From positions 1,310 to 65,309 of the forward strand of contig NZ_UQXD01000008.1 of assembly GCF_900544955.1 (NCBI RefSeq): a stretch of DNA of 64,000 bases, given 5' to 3'. The notes under the pieces were generated by a model. It did no database searches. It saw only the letters and a program-made list of their open reading frames with translations, and was not told the origin of the DNA. A program made the position numbers and the translations under genes. Below, one piece after another: positions 1 to 12,144 of this stretch. How positions within the stretch are numbered: the first letter of the stretch is position 1; each line of letters begins with the position of its first letter. The DNA comes from an uncultured Oscillibacter sp. (lineage in GTDB: Bacteria; Bacillota; Clostridia; Oscillospirales; Oscillospiraceae).

Positions 1-815
1 GCCTGGGGGGCGTGGGGCGGAACATCGCCCACAACCTGGCGCTGCTGGGGGTGGACACCCGGCTGCTGACGGTGTTCGGGGACGATCTGAACGCCCAGAA
101 GATCGCCGCCAGCTGCGGGGAACTGGGCATCGACATCTCCCAGTCCCCGGTGGTCCCCGGCGGGCGGACCTCCACCTACCTCTTCATCAACGACCGGCGG
201 GGGGACATGGCCCTGGCGGTCAGCGACATGGACATCTACCGCCACCTGACGCCCCAGGTCCTGGCCCAGCGGCAGAAGCTGCTGGGGGCCAGCCAGGCGG
301 TGGTGCTGGACACCAACATCCCCGAGGAGAGCATCCGGTACCTGGCGGAGAACTGCCCGGCCCCCCTCTTCGCCGACCCGGTGTCCACCGCCAAGGCGGG
401 GAAGCTGCGGCCCGTGCTGGGCAGGCTCCACACCCTCAAGCCCAACCGCATGGAGGCGGAGCTGCTCTCCGGCGTCCCCATCACCGACGGGCAGAGCCTC
501 CGCCGGGCGGCGCAGACCCTGCTGGACACGGGGCTGCGGCGGGTGTTCATCTCCCTGGGGGCGGAGGGCGTGTTCGCCGCGGACCACAGCGGGGAGGTCC
601 ACCTGCCGGTGCTGGAGGCGGAGATGGTGAACACCACCGGCTGCGGGGACGCCTTCATGGCCGCCATCGCCTGGGCCTATCTCCAGGGCACGGACCTCGC
701 CGGCACCGCCCGGGCGGGGCTGGCGGCCAGCGCCGTCGCCATGGAGGGGCGGGAGACCATCAACCCCGCCATGAGCGCGGACATCCTGAAAACCCGGGCG
801 GGCCTGGCCCTGTGA
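1..815 (+). CDS. psuK: PfkB-family kinase, probable pseudouridine kinase (5'-truncated by window edge)
   Basis: PfkB motifs GGVGRNIA and NTTGCGDAF; lies directly upstream of psuG. Confidence 0.8.
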   Translation, partial: LGGVGRNIAHNLALLGVDTRLLTVFGDDLNAQKIAASCGELGIDISQSPVVPGGRTSTYLFINDRRGDMALAVSDMDIYRHLTPQVLAQRQKLLGASQAVVLDTNIPEESIRYLAENCPAPLFADPVSTAKAGKLRPVLGRLHTLKPNRMEAELLSGVPITDGQSLRRAAQTLLDTGLRRVFISLGAEGVFAADHSGEVHLPVLEAEMVNTTGCGDAFMAAIAWAYLQGTDLAGTARAGLAASAVAMEGRETINPAMSADILKTRAGLAL

Positions 816-865
816 GGGCGGAGGCCCGTCGCCGGAACCATATCAAACAAGCGGAGGAAGACAGT

Positions 866-1804
866 ATGGCTTTGCAGAACTATTTGGACGTTGCGCCGGA
901 GGTGCGCCGGGCGCTGGAGGAGGGCCGCCCCGTGGTGGCGCTGGAATCCACCATCATCTCCCACGGCATGCCCTATCCCCAGAACGTGGAGACGGCCCTG
1001 AACGTGGAGCGGATCGTCCGGGAAAACGGCGCCGTGCCCGCCACCATCGCCGTCATCGGCGGGCGGCTGAAGGCGGGCCTCAGCCCCGAGGAGATCGACT
1101 ACCTGGGCCGGACCGGCACCGCCGTGGCCAAGGCCAGCCGCCGGGACCTGGCGGTGCTGGCGGCCCGGGGGGCGGACGGCGCCACCACCGTCACCACCAC
1201 CATGATGATCGCCCACATGGCGGGCATCTCCGTGTTCGCCACCGGCGGCATCGGCGGCGTCCACCGGGGGGCGGAGACCACCATGGACATCTCCGCCGAC
1301 CTGGAGGAGCTGGCCCGCACCCCCGTCATGGTGGTGTGCGCCGGGGCCAAGTCCATCCTGGACCTGGGGCTGACCCTGGAGTATCTGGAGACCCACGGCG
1401 TGCCGGTCATCGGCTACGGCACGGAGGAGCTGCCCGCCTTCTACACCCGGAGCAGCGGCTTCCGGGTGGACTACCGCATGGACACCCCCCGGGAGCTGGC
1501 CAGGGCCTTCTTCGTCCAGCAGGACCTGGGCCTGGGCGGGGGTATGCTGGTGACCAACCCCATCCCGGAGGAATACTCCATGGATGCGGACGTCATCAGC
1601 CGGGCCATCGACGCGGCGGTGGCGGAGGCCGGGGCGCTGGGCATCCACGGCAAGGAGACCACCCCCTTCCTGCTGGCGAAAATCAAGGATTTGACCGGCG
1701 GGGACTCCCTTGCCAGCAACATCCAATTGGTGTACAACAATGCCCGCCTGGCGGCCCAGACCGCCGGGGAGCTGGCGGCCCTTGCCAAAGGCGGAACCAT
1801 CTGA
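866..1804 (+). CDS. psuG: Pseudouridine-5'-phosphate glycosidase
   Basis: VALESTIISHGMPYPQN, TGGIGGVHRG, DISADL and GAKSILD motifs; GGAGG RBS before ATG 866. Confidence 0.95.
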   Translation: MALQNYLDVAPEVRRALEEGRPVVALESTIISHGMPYPQNVETALNVERIVRENGAVPATIAVIGGRLKAGLSPEEIDYLGRTGTAVAKASRRDLAVLAARGADGATTVTTTMMIAHMAGISVFATGGIGGVHRGAETTMDISADLEELARTPVMVVCAGAKSILDLGLTLEYLETHGVPVIGYGTEELPAFYTRSSGFRVDYRMDTPRELARAFFVQQDLGLGGGMLVTNPIPEEYSMDADVISRAIDAAVAEAGALGIHGKETTPFLLAKIKDLTGGDSLASNIQLVYNNARLAAQTAGELAALAKGGTI

Positions 1805-1811
1805 TAAACTG

Positions 1812-1845
1812 GACTGGCCGGGGCGGACCCCGGCCAGTCTTTTTT
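1812..1845 (+). terminator. Intrinsic terminator after psuG
   Basis: GACTGGCCGGGG/CCCCGGCCAGTC stem followed by a T-run. Confidence 0.8.
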
Positions 1846-1861
1846 GCGGGAGTGCATGACG

Positions 1862-2227
1862 ATGAACGAAAAGACCCTGTATCTGCCGGAGGCCTCCGGG
1901 CCCACCGTGCTGTTTGCCGCGGTGGGCTCCCCCTGGGGGCTGCTGGCGGCGTGGCTGGCGCTGGTGAACCTGGCGGCGTTTCTGGTGTTCGGCCTGGACA
2001 AGTGGAAGGCCAAGCGGAAGGAGCGGCGGGAGCGCGTGCGGCGGGTGCCGGAGAAGACGCTGTTTCTGCTGGCGGCCCTGGGGGGCGGCGCGGGGGCGCT
2101 GCTGGGGATGCGGGTGTTCCATCACAAGACGCTGCACAGGAGCTTCCGCTATGGCATCCCGGCGATTTTGATCGGGGAGACGCTCCTGGGGCTGGGGCTG
2201 TACGTGTACTGGAATTTCATACGATAG
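1862..2227 (+). CDS. DUF1294-family small membrane protein
   Basis: FGLDKWKAK...RVPEKTLFLLAALGGGAGALLGM..FHHKT signature; start may be 1856 instead. Confidence 0.85.
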   Translation: MNEKTLYLPEASGPTVLFAAVGSPWGLLAAWLALVNLAAFLVFGLDKWKAKRKERRERVRRVPEKTLFLLAALGGGAGALLGMRVFHHKTLHRSFRYGIPAILIGETLLGLGLYVYWNFIR

Positions 2228-2229
2228 GG

Positions 2230-2259
2230 AAAAAGGACCGCCGGAAGGCGGTCCTTTTT
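2230..2259. terminator. Bidirectional intrinsic terminator
   Basis: AAAAAGGACCGCC-GGAA-GGCGGTCCTTTTT. Confidence 0.8.
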
Positions 2260-2293
2260 ATGGGTATTTTATCCTCTTTTGAAAAATTTTGTT

Positions 2294-2352
2294 CACCGCA
2301 TTTTCACCACTGTGCCACCATTTTTGTTATGGAACAAAAAAATCAGTACAAT
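2294..2352 (+). promoter_or_regulatory. SigA-like promoter preceded by three CACC boxes at 11-bp period
   Basis: TTGTTA (2324-29)-17-TACAAT (2347-52); CACC at 2294, 2305 and 2316. Confidence 0.55.
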
Positions 2353-2391
2353 AGGGGAGAACATAGATGGTTTCAGGGTGGTGAACATATC

Positions 2392-2604
2392 GTGGATGAC
2401 ATTTTGAGATACACATTGCGCGTGAACCGCACGCTTTTTGCAAAATTTCGTTATATTGCAGAATCGGAGGGACGATCTGCAAATAAGGAAATTGAGCAGT
2501 TCATAAAACGGAGTGTTCGGAATTTTGAGGAAGAACACGGCAAAATTGTGTTGACCGATGATGAAGCCATCGCTTTTGGTCAGAATCGCATTAGGAGGAT
2601 ATAG
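2392..2604 (+). CDS. Arc/ribbon-helix-helix family DNA-binding protein (about 70 aa)
   Basis: GTG start after GGTGGTGA; MDDILRYTLRVNRTLFAKFRYIAESEGRSANKEIEQFIKR has the alternating ribbon and the Arc-type EGRS.N turn; hidden at the tail of ORF 1336..2604. Confidence 0.8.
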   Translation: MDDILRYTLRVNRTLFAKFRYIAESEGRSANKEIEQFIKRSVRNFEEEHGKIVLTDDEAIAFGQNRIRRI

Positions 2605-2606
2605 CC

Positions 2607-2822
2607 ATGCCGAAGGACGTCTTTCAACCCATGTACAAAAAAATGTACATCCACCTGTTCAACGCGCTGCTGGATGCCCAGGATGAGCTGGAGGGCCGCA
2701 ATTACGGCCAGGCGGCGAGCACCCTGCGGGAGGCCCAGCTCTGGTGCGAGGACCAGTATATGAAATGGCCGGAGACGGACTGCATCCGGTTAGACGAGGA
2801 CGAGGACGAAGACGAGGAGTAA
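2607..2822 (+). CDS. Small acidic helical hypothetical protein
   Basis: AGGAGG RBS inside the end of the Arc gene; YKKMYIHLFNALLDA...LREAQLWCEDQY; acidic tail. Confidence 0.7.
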   Translation: MPKDVFQPMYKKMYIHLFNALLDAQDELEGRNYGQAASTLREAQLWCEDQYMKWPETDCIRLDEDEDEDEE

Positions 2823-2837
2823 CGGGAAACTGTCCCC

Positions 2838-2866
2838 TTGACAGGGACAAATCCAGGTGATATGAT
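2838..2866 (+). promoter_or_regulatory. SigA promoter of the thrS leader
   Basis: TTGACA-17-TGaTATGAT (extended -10). Confidence 0.85.
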
Positions 2867-2884
2867 CTAACGGAATGAAAAAAG

Positions 2885-3126
2885 GCATCGAAAAGGACAC
2901 TGCCCGGGAAAGACACCAGAGAGAGGCCGCCTATGGCTGGAAGCGGCGTTTGCCCCCTCCCGGGACCAGTCACCGCCTTGGAGCCGCCCACCGATATGTA
3001 GGCTGGGACGGGACCTCCCGTTACAGAGGACACGAGCGGCGCCCGCAGGGGCGCAAGCAGGGTGGAACCGTGGAATACGCATGCCGTATCTCACCCCTGA
3101 TACCGTCAGGGGTGGGATTTTTTTCT
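2885..3126 (+). ncRNA. T-box riboswitch (Thr)
   Basis: AGAGA and GGCTGGAAG distal motifs, ACC specifier near 2965, CCGTTA, T-box AAGCAGGGTGGAACCGTG, terminator CACCCCTGA/TCAGGGGTG plus T-run; upstream of thrS. Confidence 0.92.
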
Positions 3127-3152
3127 GCCCCTCAATACAAGGAGGAATCAAC

Positions 3153-4913
3153 ATGGCGGACGAAAACAACCAGTATACCTTTGAAAACGAGACCTACCGC
3201 AAGACCTATTGGCACACCTGCTCCCACGTCCTGGCCCAGGCCGTGAAGCGGCTGTGGCCGGAGGTGAAGCTGGCCATTGGCCCCTCCATCGACAACGGCT
3301 TCTACTACGACATGGACGCCCCCTTCGCCTTCACCCCGGAGCACATGGAGAAGATCGAGGCGGAGATGCGGAAGATCTGCAAGGAGAAGCTGAAGCTGGA
3401 GCGGTTCGAGCTGCCCCGGGCGGAGGCCGTCCGGTTCATGGAGGAGAGGGGCGAGCCCTACAAGGTGGAGCTGATTCGGGACCTGCCCGAGGACGCCCGC
3501 ATCTCCTTCTACACCCAGGGGGAGTTCACCGACCTGTGCGCCGGCCCCCACCTGGACTCCACCGGCCGCATCAAGGGCAACGGCATCAAGCTCACCGCCT
3601 GCAACGCCGCCTACTGGCGGGGCGACTCCAACCGGGAGACCCTCCAGCGCATCTACGGCGTGGCCTTCCCCAAGAAGGAGGAGCTGGACGCCTATCTGGA
3701 GCGGCTGGAGGAGGCCAAGCGCCGGGACCACCGGAGACTGGGCAAGGAGCTGGGTCTGTTCACCCTGATGGAGGAGGGCCCCGGCTTCCCCTTCTTCCTG
3801 CCCAAGGGCATGGTGCTGCGCAATACCCTGCTGGACTACTGGCGCCAGGTCCACAAGAAGTACGGCTACGTGGAGATCGCCACCCCCATCATCCTCAACC
3901 AGGAGCTGTGGCACCGCAGCGGCCACTGGGACCACTATAAGGACAACATGTACACCACCGTCATCGACGGCGAGGACTACGCGGTGAAGCCCATGAACTG
4001 CCCCGGCGGCATGCTGGTGTACAAGACCGAGCCCCACTCCTACCGGGACCTGCCCCTGCGGATGGCGGAGCTGGGCCTGGTCCACCGCCACGAGCTCTCC
4101 GGCGCCCTCCACGGGCTGTTCCGGGTGCGCTGCTTCACCCAGGACGACGCCCACATCTTCATGACCTGGGACCAGATGGAGGCGGAGATTCAAAATGTGG
4201 TGCGGCTGTTTGACGAGGTGTACTCCGTCTTCGGCCTCAGCTATCAGATCGAGGTCTCCACCATGCCCGAGGACCACATCGGCGAGAAGGAGACCTGGGA
4301 CTTCGCCACCGAGACCCTGAAGCGGGCCATTGAGCACATGGGCAAGACCTACGTCATCAACGAGGGCGACGGCGCCTTCTACGGCCCCAAGCTGGACTTC
4401 CACCTGGCGGACTCCCTGGGCCGGACCTGGCAGTGCGGCACCATCCAATTGGATATGCAGATGCCGGAGCGGTTCGACCTGGAGTACGTGGGCGAGGACG
4501 GGCAGAAGCACCGCCCCGTCATGATTCACCGGGTGGTGCTGGGCTCCATCGAGCGGTTCATCGGCGTCATCACCGAGCATTTCGCCGGCGCCTTCCCCGC
4601 CTGGCTGAACCCCGTCCAGGTGAAGGTGCTGCCCATCACGGACCGGGCCGCCGGTTACGCCAAGGAGACCGCCGCCCGCCTGGACGCCCTGGGCTTCCGG
4701 GTGGAGGTGGACTACCGCAACGAGAAGATCGGCAAGAAGATCCGGGAGGCCCAGCTGGAGAAGATTCCCTATATGCTGGTGATGGGCGACCGGGACGTGG
4801 AGAACCAGACCGTCTCCGTCCGGCACCGCTCCGGCGAGGACCTGGGCGCCATGGGGCTGGACGCCTTCGCCGCGCTGCTGCGGGCGGAAGTGGACGCCAA
4901 GGAGCGCAAATAA
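3153..4913 (+). CDS. thrS: Threonine--tRNA ligase (no N-terminal TGS domain)
   Basis: HTCSHVLAQA, DLCAGPH, KPMNCP, GAFYGPK, QCGTIQLD and GSIERF motifs. Confidence 0.98.
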   Translation: MADENNQYTFENETYRKTYWHTCSHVLAQAVKRLWPEVKLAIGPSIDNGFYYDMDAPFAFTPEHMEKIEAEMRKICKEKLKLERFELPRAEAVRFMEERGEPYKVELIRDLPEDARISFYTQGEFTDLCAGPHLDSTGRIKGNGIKLTACNAAYWRGDSNRETLQRIYGVAFPKKEELDAYLERLEEAKRRDHRRLGKELGLFTLMEEGPGFPFFLPKGMVLRNTLLDYWRQVHKKYGYVEIATPIILNQELWHRSGHWDHYKDNMYTTVIDGEDYAVKPMNCPGGMLVYKTEPHSYRDLPLRMAELGLVHRHELSGALHGLFRVRCFTQDDAHIFMTWDQMEAEIQNVVRLFDEVYSVFGLSYQIEVSTMPEDHIGEKETWDFATETLKRAIEHMGKTYVINEGDGAFYGPKLDFHLADSLGRTWQCGTIQLDMQMPERFDLEYVGEDGQKHRPVMIHRVVLGSIERFIGVITEHFAGAFPAWLNPVQVKVLPITDRAAGYAKETAARLDALGFRVEVDYRNEKIGKKIREAQLEKIPYMLVMGDRDVENQTVSVRHRSGEDLGAMGLDAFAALLRAEVDAKERK

Positions 4914-4925
4914 GAGCAAAGAGCC

Positions 4926-4956
4926 AAGCCGCCGGGGGATGCCCCGGCGGCTTTTT
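4926..4956 (+). terminator. Intrinsic terminator after thrS
   Basis: AAGCCGCCGGGG/CCCCGGCGGCTT followed by T-run. Confidence 0.8.
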
Positions 4957-5153
4957 GCCCGGGAGTGGCCGCTGATGACGGACATTAGTCCTGCTTAAAT
5001 AGACAAATGGATAACTAAATTTACGCAAAAAAACTGGAGGCTTATCCGAATTTGCAAATCCGGTGGCAGAAGCCATTGCATCCGGCAAATTCCGGGGAGT
5101 ATACTATGTAGAACAAGGGAACGTATCATCCCGCGGAAAGAGGAGGATATCCT

Positions 5154-8570
<3,417 letters not shown>

Positions 8571-8752
8571 CCGGAAGAGGACCGGTTCCCCCGGCGTTAT
8601 GGCCAAATCCGGGCCGGGACGCCGGGGGAAGTTTTATGCACAATACCGCCTCCCCGGCCCTCCGGGGCGCCTGAAGGGGGGAACCCCCGGGCAGAAATGC
8701 AAGCTGCGATTCAGGGACTTGCAGAAACCATCGGATACAGGAAAAATAATAC

Positions 8753-8781
8753 TTGAAAAATGACGGGCAATCCTGTATGAT
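8753..8781 (+). promoter_or_regulatory. SigA promoter of the TRAP operon
   Basis: TTGAAA-17-TATGAT. Confidence 0.65.
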
Positions 8782-8839
8782 ATGCAAGTAAACTTTGATA
8801 GCCAAGCGGAAAAACAAGAGGAAAAGAGGATGTAACATC

Positions 8840-9802
8840 ATGAAAAAGTATTTGTCTTTGCTGATGGCCGCCCTGATGATGGCCAGTGTGCTGGCCGGCT
8901 GCGGCGGCAGCAAGAAGAGTGAGCTGAAGTTCACCACCGGCGGCGACCAGGGCACCTATTACGGCTTTGGCAGCGTGCTGGCCGGGCAGATCAGCAACGC
9001 CACCGATACCACCGTCACCGCCATCACCTCCGGCGGCTCCCAGGCCAACATCGAGGCCATGGAGAGCGGCGACGCCCAGCTGGGCTTCGTCCAGTCCGAC
9101 GTGATGAGCTACGCCTATGAGGGCACCAACCTCTTCGCCGAGAGCGGCAAGGTGGAGGGCTTCTCCACGGTGGCCGCGCTGTACATGGAGCAGGTGCAGA
9201 TCGTGACCCTGGATCCCTCCATCCAGAGCGTGGCGGACCTGGCGGGGAAGACCGTCTCCGTGGGCGACGCCGGCTCCGGCGTGTTCTACAACGCCGTGGA
9301 CGTGCTGGGCGCCTACGGCCTGGACGTGGAGAAGGACATCAACCCCGTGTATGAGTCCTTCGGCACCAGCGCCGAGAGCCTCCAGGACGGCAAGATCGAC
9401 GCCGCCTTCGTGGTGGCCGGCGCTCCCACCACCGCCATCACCTCCCTGGCCGCCACCAAGGACGTGTACCTGGTGAGCCTGGACGACGCGCACATCGACG
9501 CCCTGATCGCCTCCTCCCCCTACTACAGCAAGTACGTCATCACCGCCGACACCTACGGCATGGCCGCCGACGCCACCACCGTGGCGGTGGGCGCCGTGGT
9601 CATCGCCCGGGACGACGTGTCCGAGGACGACGTGTACAACGTGGTCTCCGGCATCTTCGAGAACCTGGAGACCATCACCAACTCCCACGCCAAGGGCGCC
9701 GAGCTGAGCCTGGACTTTGCCGCCAGCGTGAAGTCCGTGCCCTACCATCCCGGCGCGGCCAAGTACTTCTCTGAGAAGGGCCTGGAAGTCCCCGCGAAGT
9801 AA
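8840..9802 (+). CDS. TAXI-family TRAP solute-binding lipoprotein
   Basis: Lipobox LAGC; TGGDQGTYY, SGGSQANI, VQSDV, PYHPGAAKYF. Confidence 0.93.
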   Translation: MKKYLSLLMAALMMASVLAGCGGSKKSELKFTTGGDQGTYYGFGSVLAGQISNATDTTVTAITSGGSQANIEAMESGDAQLGFVQSDVMSYAYEGTNLFAESGKVEGFSTVAALYMEQVQIVTLDPSIQSVADLAGKTVSVGDAGSGVFYNAVDVLGAYGLDVEKDINPVYESFGTSAESLQDGKIDAAFVVAGAPTTAITSLAATKDVYLVSLDDAHIDALIASSPYYSKYVITADTYGMAADATTVAVGAVVIARDDVSEDDVYNVVSGIFENLETITNSHAKGAELSLDFAASVKSVPYHPGAAKYFSEKGLEVPAK

Positions 9803-9822
9803 CCGGCACCAAGACGAGCCAC

Positions 9823-9853
9823 AGACTGCGGCGGGCGGAGCCCGCCGCAGTCT
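9823..9853 (+). other. Intercistronic 14-bp stem-loop with no U-tail (probable mRNA stabiliser)
   Basis: AGACTGCGGCGGGC-GGA-GCCCGCCGCAGTCT between the SBP and permease genes. Confidence 0.55.
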
Positions 9854-9950
9854 CAAACCGTTTTGCGGGGCGGATGCGTCCCCCTGCCGCCGGCTGGGGA
9901 GGCATGCACGCCGCAGAAAAACTACGGAGTAAGGGAGAGAGAAAACGCAC

Positions 9951-11918
9951 ATGAGCTTTTGGAAAAAAAGCCTGAAGCCGGAGGCGGCGGAGGATACCGG
10001 CGTCGGCACGGCGGCGGACGTGGAAGCCGTCATGAAAAAATACGACCGGGAGTCCAACACCCGCATCTGGGAGGGCACGCCCAAAACCGTGATCCGGGTC
10101 CTGATGGCCCTGTTCTCGGTCTACTGCATCGTCATCACCCTTACCTTCCGGGGCATGAAGGAGATCACCCTCACCGCCTTTTTGGCGCTGATCCTGGTGA
10201 TCGGCTACCTGACCTACCCCGCCCGGAAGAACACCACCCGGGTGAACTACATGCCCTGGTACGACATCGCCATCATGGTCCTGGGCGCCGGATCTTTGCT
10301 GTTCTACACCTTCAACGCCAAGTCCATCGTGGACCAGGCCACCAAGATCACCGACAATCTGCTGATGGTGGCCATGGCGGTGATGGCCATTCTGGCGCTG
10401 ATGGAGCTGTGCCGCCGCAGCGTGGGGCTGCCCATCCTGGTGGTGGTGGGGCTGCTGCTGGTCTACACCTTCTACACCACCCGCTTCGGCAAGGTCATCT
10501 ACGACCTCTACTACGCCAAGACCGGCATCATGAACACCCCCATCGACGTGTGCGCCAAGTACATCGTGGTGTTCATCATCTTCGGCGCCTTCCTGGAGCG
10601 GACCGGTATCTCCAACTTCTTCATCAACCTGGCCAACTCCCTGGCCGGCGCCTCCGCCGGCGGCCCCGCCAAGGTGGCGGTCATCTCCTCCGCCCTGTGC
10701 GGCATGGTGTCCGGCTCCTCCGTGGGCAACACCGTCACCACCGGCTCCGTCACCATCCCCATGATGAAGCGGACCGGGTACAAGGGCGAGTTCGCCGGCG
10801 CCGTGGAGGCCGCCGCCTCCACCGGCGGCCAGATCATGCCCCCCATCATGGGCGCCGCCGCCTTCCTGATGGCGGAGTACATGGGTATCAGCTACGCCCA
10901 GGTGGCCCTCACGGCCATTCTGCCCGCCGTGCTGTACTTCACCGGCATCTACATCGCCGTCCACCTGGAGGCCCGGAAGCTGGGCCTGCGGGGCATCCCC
11001 CGGGAGGAGCTGCCCCAGTTCCGCCACCTGGTGAAGAAGATCTACCTGCTGCTGCCGCTGGTGGTGCTGGTGGTGCTGGTGTCCACCAGCACCCGCTCCA
11101 TGGCCTACTCCGCCGCCATCGCCATTCTGGTGACCATCATCGTGGGTCTCTTGAACGGCCTGTTCTACAAGGAGGAGAAGCTGACCTTCGGCAAGTTTGT
11201 GGACGCGCTGGAGGCCGGCAGCAAGGGTGCCATCACCGTGGCCGTGGCCTGCGCCATGGCGGGCATTGTGGCCGGGTGCATCACCTCCACCGGCCTGGCC
11301 TCCAAGCTCATCACCGCCATTGTCTCCGTCTCCGGCGGACAGAAGATGATCGCCCTGGTGCTGACCATGCTGTGCTGCATCGTGCTGGGCATGGGTGTGC
11401 CCACCACCGCCAATTACTGCATCATGGCCGCCACCTGCGCCCCCATCCTGACCAACGAGGCCATCGGCATCCCCATCATGGCGGCCCACTTCTTCGTGTT
11501 CTACTTCGGCATCGTGGCGGACATTACCCCGCCGGTGGCCCTGGCGGCCTACGCCGGCAGTGCCATCGCCAAGGCGCCGCCTATGAAAACGGCCTTTAAC
11601 GCCACAAAGCTGGCCATCGCGGCCTTCATCGTGCCCTACATCTTCGCCCTGAACCCCGCCATGCTGCTGGTGAACACCCAGTGGTTCGAGGTGGTGCAGA
11701 TCGTCATCAGCGCCCTTATCGGCCTCTTCGGCGTGGCGGCGGCACTCAACGGCTTCCTGTACTGCAAGATCAATCCCATCTTCCGGCTGCTGCTGGCCGC
11801 CGGCGGCCTGGGGATGATGATCCCCGGCGTCTGGAGCGATGTGACGGGCCTGGTTGTGGTGGGCGGCATCGTCCTCTTCCAGCGCGCCGCCGCCCGGCGC
11901 CGCGCCCAGGCGGACTGA
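9951..11918 (+). CDS. TRAP transporter fused permease (DctQM-type)
   Basis: GGPAKVAV, SGSSVGN, EAAASTGGQIMPPIMGAAAF, ITPPVALA; many TM helices. Confidence 0.95.
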   Translation: MSFWKKSLKPEAAEDTGVGTAADVEAVMKKYDRESNTRIWEGTPKTVIRVLMALFSVYCIVITLTFRGMKEITLTAFLALILVIGYLTYPARKNTTRVNYMPWYDIAIMVLGAGSLLFYTFNAKSIVDQATKITDNLLMVAMAVMAILALMELCRRSVGLPILVVVGLLLVYTFYTTRFGKVIYDLYYAKTGIMNTPIDVCAKYIVVFIIFGAFLERTGISNFFINLANSLAGASAGGPAKVAVISSALCGMVSGSSVGNTVTTGSVTIPMMKRTGYKGEFAGAVEAAASTGGQIMPPIMGAAAFLMAEYMGISYAQVALTAILPAVLYFTGIYIAVHLEARKLGLRGIPREELPQFRHLVKKIYLLLPLVVLVVLVSTSTRSMAYSAAIAILVTIIVGLLNGLFYKEEKLTFGKFVDALEAGSKGAITVAVACAMAGIVAGCITSTGLASKLITAIVSVSGGQKMIALVLTMLCCIVLGMGVPTTANYCIMAATCAPILTNEAIGIPIMAAHFFVFYFGIVADITPPVALAAYAGSAIAKAPPMKTAFNATKLAIAAFIVPYIFALNPAMLLVNTQWFEVVQIVISALIGLFGVAAALNGFLYCKINPIFRLLLAAGGLGMMIPGVWSDVTGLVVVGGIVLFQRAAARRRAQAD

Positions 11919-11928
11919 CCGCGCCCTC

Positions 11929-11962
11929 TGCCGCTCCCCCCTTCGGGGAGCGGCATTTTTTT
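11929..11962 (+). terminator. Intrinsic terminator
   Basis: TGCCGCTCCCC/GGGGAGCGGCA followed by T7. Confidence 0.85.
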
Positions 11963-11981
11963 CACCTGGACGCATCTTCCA

Positions 11982-12009
11982 GGAACCATTTGCCGTTCTG
12001 AGCCGTCTA
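11982..12009 (+). promoter_or_regulatory. ECF sigma-type promoter
   Basis: GGAACC-16-CGTCTA matches the AAC...CGT ECF pattern; sits just after the upstream terminator. Confidence 0.65.
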
Positions 12010-12144
12010 TATAGTAAATGTGCAGCCCCTGCATCCGAATCGCCGGAATTTGTAATCATTTTGTTGTTGCTTTGCGCGGATGGCTGTACTAGCATAGTTC
12101 ATACAGTTTACATATGGGATAACCGAGAAGAAGGAGAAGCAATC

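Noticed and set aside
1336..2391. 422-aa ORF 1336..2604 as a single gene
   Set aside because: It overlaps psuG and DUF1294 and crosses two terminators; only 2392..2604 looks real
12100..12107. CATACAGT as a SigE/SigK -10
   Set aside because: No matching -35 at the expected spacing
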